Position numbers and translations under genes: made by a program. Below the pieces are notes generated by a model that was not told the origin of the DNA, made no database searches, and worked only from the letters and a program-made list of their open reading frames with translations. A stretch of 64,000 nt of DNA from Convolutriloba macropyga (taxonomy: Eukaryota): assembly GCF_964194025.1 (NCBI RefSeq), contig NC_134474.1, forward strand, positions 20,026,001 through 20,090,000. The letters run 5' to 3'. This document shows, piece after piece, positions 58,901 to 64,000 of this stretch (positions are counted from its first letter, which is position 1; each line of letters begins with the position of its first letter).

Positions 58901-61900
58901 TTCATCAGGACCCTAAACTGGGCAGTCACAAAAATTGACAAATGATGCGGCCCGAGAAGCGTACAACATATTTGGGCTTGACGAAGCAGGGAAAGGTATG
59001 GTCGATGAAAATGGATATTTAAACTTTTCATATGAAAGTACAAACTCATCGTTTAGTAAGACGCTCAAATAACAGAATTGAAAGAAACTATTGTGTGATT
59101 TTGGATTGCTTAAATTTTTACCTTCTACCTCTGAGTGCCACACGTTTATAATAAGACATATATTAAAAACCTTGGGTTTCAAGATCAGAAAATCAGTGTA
59201 AAATTTAAATTATCGCCCAATATATGGCTGACACAGGTCTGATAATTAATAAAAAAAATGAGTCCAAAACCAAAAGCAATGTAGTCTTTAGATCAAAACC
59301 AAAGAACCGAAACTTCTCGAGTTCAAGAACAAAACAAAAGAATCAAAAAATTTTGTTATGAGCTTAAGATCAAAAAAAATATTGGGATCAGGATTGCAAA
59401 TAATGAAAAATTTAAGAAGCAAAAATTGTTTATTTTTCAATATAATAGGCAACGAGGTCCCACAGTTTTGAGAATATGTGTACTATATTCCAGAAATGTA
59501 GAAAATTATTTCCGAGATTTTCCCGGAGTGTACCCATTGGAATCTTGTCTTTCGCGGTCTCGGAATTTGTCTACGCTAGAACTTCTCTTGGCCTCTAATA
59601 GTCGGTCTTGAGCTTTTCAGGCTGAAGTGGAACTGCAAAGCCAGTGAACGCAATTAGAGAAAATGAAGAAAACGAGCCCTTTACTTCAAAAAGACCTCGT
59701 CGACCTTCAACAAAAGCTGGATAACCTTTTTGATAAGGCTAAAGAGGCAACAAAAGAAGCATTGGGCAAATTGAGCGTCCGATGTGAGGCGCTACAAGAT
59801 ATTTTAAAGGCAGCAGCAGCAGGCAGAAATGCTGAAGAGGAGCAGTCCGTCGGTTTATTGAATTAATAATGAGCCAAAATAAAAGTCAATGCTGCAAAAA
59901 AGGAAGAAACCACCGCGAAAAATGCAAAAGGCGAATGAGCAATTGGAGTAAGAGCTTCAGCAACTGGAAATCTACAACCCTTTCTTTGCCAACAAAAGCC
60001 GACGTAACAATACTGTCATTGATCGACAAAAAATTCTCCTATAAACTAGAAGGACAAACAAACAAAGGCCACTGAGAAATTTCTGTTCGAGATTTGAAAC
60101 AATAACAAAAAGAATCGACCTGCTATGTTTAATGAGATTTTGTAAAATGTAAAAAATTAAGCTTCAGAAAATTAGATCAAGAAACACTACCATATACTGA
60201 GCCGGTTAACACACCGTGATGCTGGCGGAGACAAAGAATTCATCAGGACCCTAAACTGGGCATCACAAAAATTGACAAATGATGCGGCCCGAGAAGCGTA
60301 CAACAAATTTGGGCTTGACGAAGCAGGGAAAGGTATGATCGATGAAAATATATATTTAAACTTTTCATATGAAAGTACAAACTCTTCGTTTAGTAAGACG
60401 CTCAAATAACAGACTTGAAAGAAACTATTGTGTGATTTCGGATTGCTTAAAATTTTACCTTCTACCTCTGAGTGCCACACGTTTATAACAAGACATATAT
60501 TAAAAACCTTGGGTTTCACGATCAGAAAATCAGTTTAAGATTTAAATTAGTACCCGATTTATGGCTGACAAAGGTTTGATATGTAATAAAAAAGGAGTCC
60601 AAAACCAAAAACAATGAAGTCTTGAGATCAAAACCAAAGAATCGAAACTTCCCGATTGCAAGAACAAAACAAAAGGATGAAAAAATTTTGTCTTGAGCTT
60701 AAGATCAAAAAAAATATTGAGATCAGGACTGCAAAAAACGAAAAACTTAAGTAGCAAAAACAGTTTATTTTTTAATATAGTAAGCAACGAGGTCCCACGG
60801 TTTTGTGAATACGTGTACTATATTCCAGAAATGTAGAAAATTATTTCCGAGATTTTCCCGGAGTGTACCCAGGGGAATCTTTTTTTTTGCCGTCTTGGAG
60901 GCTGTCTACGCTAAAACTTGTGTTGGCCTCTAATAATCGGTCCCGAGCTGTTTAGACTGAAGTGGAACTGCGAAGCCAGTGTACGCAATTGGAGAAGTCG
61001 AAGAAAACAAGACCTTTACTTCAAAAAGACCTCGTCGACCTTCAACAAAAGCTGGATAACCTTTATGACAAGTCTAAAGAGGCAGAAAATGAAACATTGG
61101 GCAAATTGAGCGTCCGATGTGAGGCGCTACGTGATATTTTAAAGGCAGCAGCAGCAGGCAGAAATGCTGAAGAGGAGCAGTCCGTCGGTTTATTCAATTA
61201 ATATTGAGCCAAAATAAAAGTCAATGCTGCAAAAAAGGGGCGAAACCACCGCGAAAAATGCAAAAGGCGAATGATCAATTGGAGTAAGAGCTTCAGCAAC
61301 TGGAAATCTAGAACCATTGCTTTGCCAACAAAAGCCGACGAAACGATACTGTCACTGATCGACAAAAAAATTCTCCTATAAACTAGAAGGACAAACAAAC
61401 AAAGGCCACTGAGAAATTTCTGTTCGAGATTCAAAACAAAAACAAAAATAATCGGACTAGTATGTTACATCAGATTTTGTAAAAAGTAAAAAATTATGCT
61501 TCAGAAAAATAGATCAAGAAACACTACCACAAACTGAGCCTGTTAACACACCCTGATGCTGGTGGAGACGAAGAATTCATTAGGACCCTAAACCGGGCAT
61601 GACAAAAATTGTCAAATGATGCGGCGTGAGAATCGTACAACATGTTTTGGCTGGACAAAGCACAGAAAGTTATGATCGATGAAAATAGATTTTTAATTTT
61701 TTCATATGAAACTACAAACTCTTCGTTTAGTAAGACGCTCAAATAACAGAATTGAAAGAAACTATTGTGTGATTTCGGATTGCTTAAAATTTTACCTTCT
61801 ACCTCTGAGTGCCACACGTTTATAACAAGACATATATTAAAAACCTTGGGTTTCACGATCAGAAAATCAGTTTAGGATTGAATTATTACCCGATTTATGG

Positions 61901-64000
61901 CTGACACAGGCTATAGCTGTTCAGGCTGAAGTGGAACTGCAAAACCAGTGCACGCAATTAGAGAAGTCGAAGAAAACAAGCCCTTTACTTCAAAAAGACC
62001 TTGTCGACCTTCAACAAAAGCTGGATAACCTTTTTGACAATGCTAAAGAGGCAACAAAGGAAGCATTGGGCAAATTGAGCGTCCGATGTGAGGCGCTACG
62101 TGATATTTTAAAGGCAGCAGCAGCAAGCAGAAATGCTGAAGAGGAGCAGTCCGTCGGTTTATTGAATTAATAATGAGCCAAAATAAAAGTCAATGCTGCA
62201 AAAAAGGAAGAAACCACCGCGAAAAATGCAAAAGGCGAATAAGCAAATGGAGTAATCGACCTGCTATGTTTAATGATATTTTGTAAAAAGTAAAAAATTA
62301 AGCTTCAGAAAATTAGATCAAGAAACACTACCACATACTGAGCCGGTTAACACACCTTGATACTGGCGGAGACAAAGAATTCATCAGGACCCTAAACTGG
62401 GCATCACAAAATTTGGCAAATGATGCGGCGTGAGAAGCGTACAACATGTTTGGGCTTGACGAAGCAGAGAAAGTTATGATCGATGAAACTAGATTTTTAA
62501 TCTTTTCATATGAAAGTACAAACTCTTCGTTTAGTAAGACGCTCAAATAACAGAATTGAAATAAACTATTGGGTGATTTTGGATTGCTTAATATTTTACA
62601 TTCTATCTCTGAATGCCACACGTTTATAACAAGACATATATTAAAAACCTTGGGTTTCACGATCAGAAAATCAGTTTAGGATTAAATTATTACCCGATTT
62701 ATGGCTGACACAGGCTTGAGAAGTAATATAAAAAGGAGTCCAAAACCAAAAGCAGTGTAGTCTTGAGATCAAACTAAAGAATCGAAATTTTTCGAGTGCT
62801 AGAACAAAACAAAAAAATGAAAAAAATTTGTCTTGAGCTTAAGATAAAAAAAAATAATGAGATCAGGACTGCAAATAATGAAAAACTTAATAATCAACAA
62901 TTGTTTATTTTTCAATATAGTAAGCAACGAGGTCCCAAGGTTTTGTGAATATGTGTACTATATTCCAGAAATGTAGAAAATTATTTCCGAGATTTTCCCG
63001 GAGTGTACCCATTGGAATCTTGTCTTTCGCGGTCTCGGAAGTTGTCTACGCTAGAACTTCTGTTGGCCTCTAATAATCGGTCCCGAGCTGTTCAGGCTGA
63101 AGTTGAACTGCGAAGCCAGTGCACGCAATTAAAAAAGTCGAAGAAAAAAAAGCCCTTTACTTCAAAAACACATCGTCGACCTTCAACAAAAGCTGGATAA
63201 CCTTTTGACAAGGCTAAAGAGGCAACAAAGGAAGCATTGGGCAAGTTGAGCGTCCGATGTGAGGCGCTAGGTGATATTTTAAAGGCAGCAGCAGATAGAA
63301 ATGATAAAGAGGAGCAATCCGTTGGTTTATTGAATTAATAAGGAGCCAAAAAAAGTCAATGCTGCAAAAATGCAAAAGGCGATTGAGCAATTGGAGTAAG
63401 AGCTCCAGCAATGGGATATCTACAACCATTGCTTTGCCAACAAAAGCCGACGAAACGATACTGTCATTGATCGACATAAAAATTCTCCTATAAACTAGAA
63501 AGACAAATAGACAAAGCCACTGAGAAATTTCTGTTCGAGATTCAAAACAAAAACAAAAAGAATCGGCCTAGTATGTTACATCAGATTTTGTAAAAAGTAA
63601 AAAATAATGATTCAAAAAATTAGATCAAGAAACACTACCACAAACTGAGCCTGTTAACACACCCTGATGCCGGTGGAGACGAAGAATTCATTAGGACACT
63701 AAACCGGGCACGACAAAAATTGTCAAATGATGCGGCGTGAGAAGCGTACAACATGTTTGGGCTTGACGAAGCAGAGAAAGTTATGATCGATGAAACTAGA
63801 ATTTGAAACTTTTCATATGAAAGTACAAACTCTTCGTTTAGTAAGACGCTCAAATAACAGACTTGAGAGAATCTATTGAGTGATTTGGATTGCTTAAAAT
63901 TTTACTCTTTACCTGTGAGTGCCACACGCATATATCAAGAGATATGAAGAGATGAAAAGTGATATTTAATTTCTTCCTATGAAAGTAAAAATTTTTCGTT
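55990..64000 (+). repeat. Tandem array of about 1.33-kb units (7 unit starts; runs to or beyond the window edge)
   Basis: The anchor ATGGCTGACA occurs at 56153, 56633, 57895, 59224, 60561, 61897 and 62701 (spacings 480, 1262, 1329, 1337, 1336, 804). The shorter units carry internal deletions. Confidence 0.97.
56633..63810 (+). pseudogene. Six disrupted copies of a coiled-coil + C-terminal J-domain (DnaJ/Hsp40-type) coding sequence
   Basis: The consensus 3' part is MLYEILDKVENYASENQIKKHYHKLSLLTHPDAGGDEEFIRTLNRAxQKLSNDAAREAYNMFGLDEAEKVM, matching J-domain helices I-IV with HPD. It is preceded by heptad-rich LQKDLVDLQQKLDNL...LESELQQLE. H-x-D codons start at 57546 (HPD), 58874 (HLD), 60212 (HRD), 61549 (HPD), 62353 (HLD) and 63660 (HPD). 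Every copy has stops or frameshifts. Confidence 0.85.

Noticed and set aside
56633-63810. Stop-codon reassignment (TAA/TAG = Gln, TGA = Trp/Arg), suggested by in-frame stops in the array, the BEL pol (TAG at 49712) and the LINE (TGA at 39801)
   Set aside because: The LINE ORF2 of about 900 codons and the GPCR contain no in-frame TAA/TAG, and the GPCR ends in TGA. Most array stops alternate with sense codons between copies and co-occur with frameshifts, which is ordinary decay.

Overview
This window is AT-rich, repeat-dense eukaryotic (most likely invertebrate animal) DNA with three assembly gaps (15134-15397, 24293-24513, 52218-52436). Most ORFs in the supplied track are noise or transposon fragments. 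I assembled two spliced host genes by hand, both on the minus strand. The first is a six-exon rhodopsin-class peptide GPCR (21108-34004, about 363 aa). Its fourth intron appears to start with GA instead of GT and is bracketed by a perfect 10-bp inverted repeat. The second is the 5' part of a possible MFS/SLC16-like transporter gene (about 1122-3363). Mobile DNA includes a decayed Ty1/Copia element with a recent tandem duplication at each end and an internally deleted BEL/Pao element with LTRs and a 5-bp TSD. There are also four L2/CR1-like LINE pieces (one nearly intact), a decayed CRE-like element, three copies of a Helentron/DINE-1-like family, several CCC-terminated CACTA/EnSpm-like MITEs (one carrying a tRNA-like segment) and a foldback palindrome. 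The most striking structure is the last 8 kb: a tandem array of about 1.33-kb units, each a disrupted, apparently intronless coiled-coil plus C-terminal J-domain (HPDAGGDEE) gene, with higher-order and mosaic structure. All alignments and identities were judged by eye, and no database searches were run.
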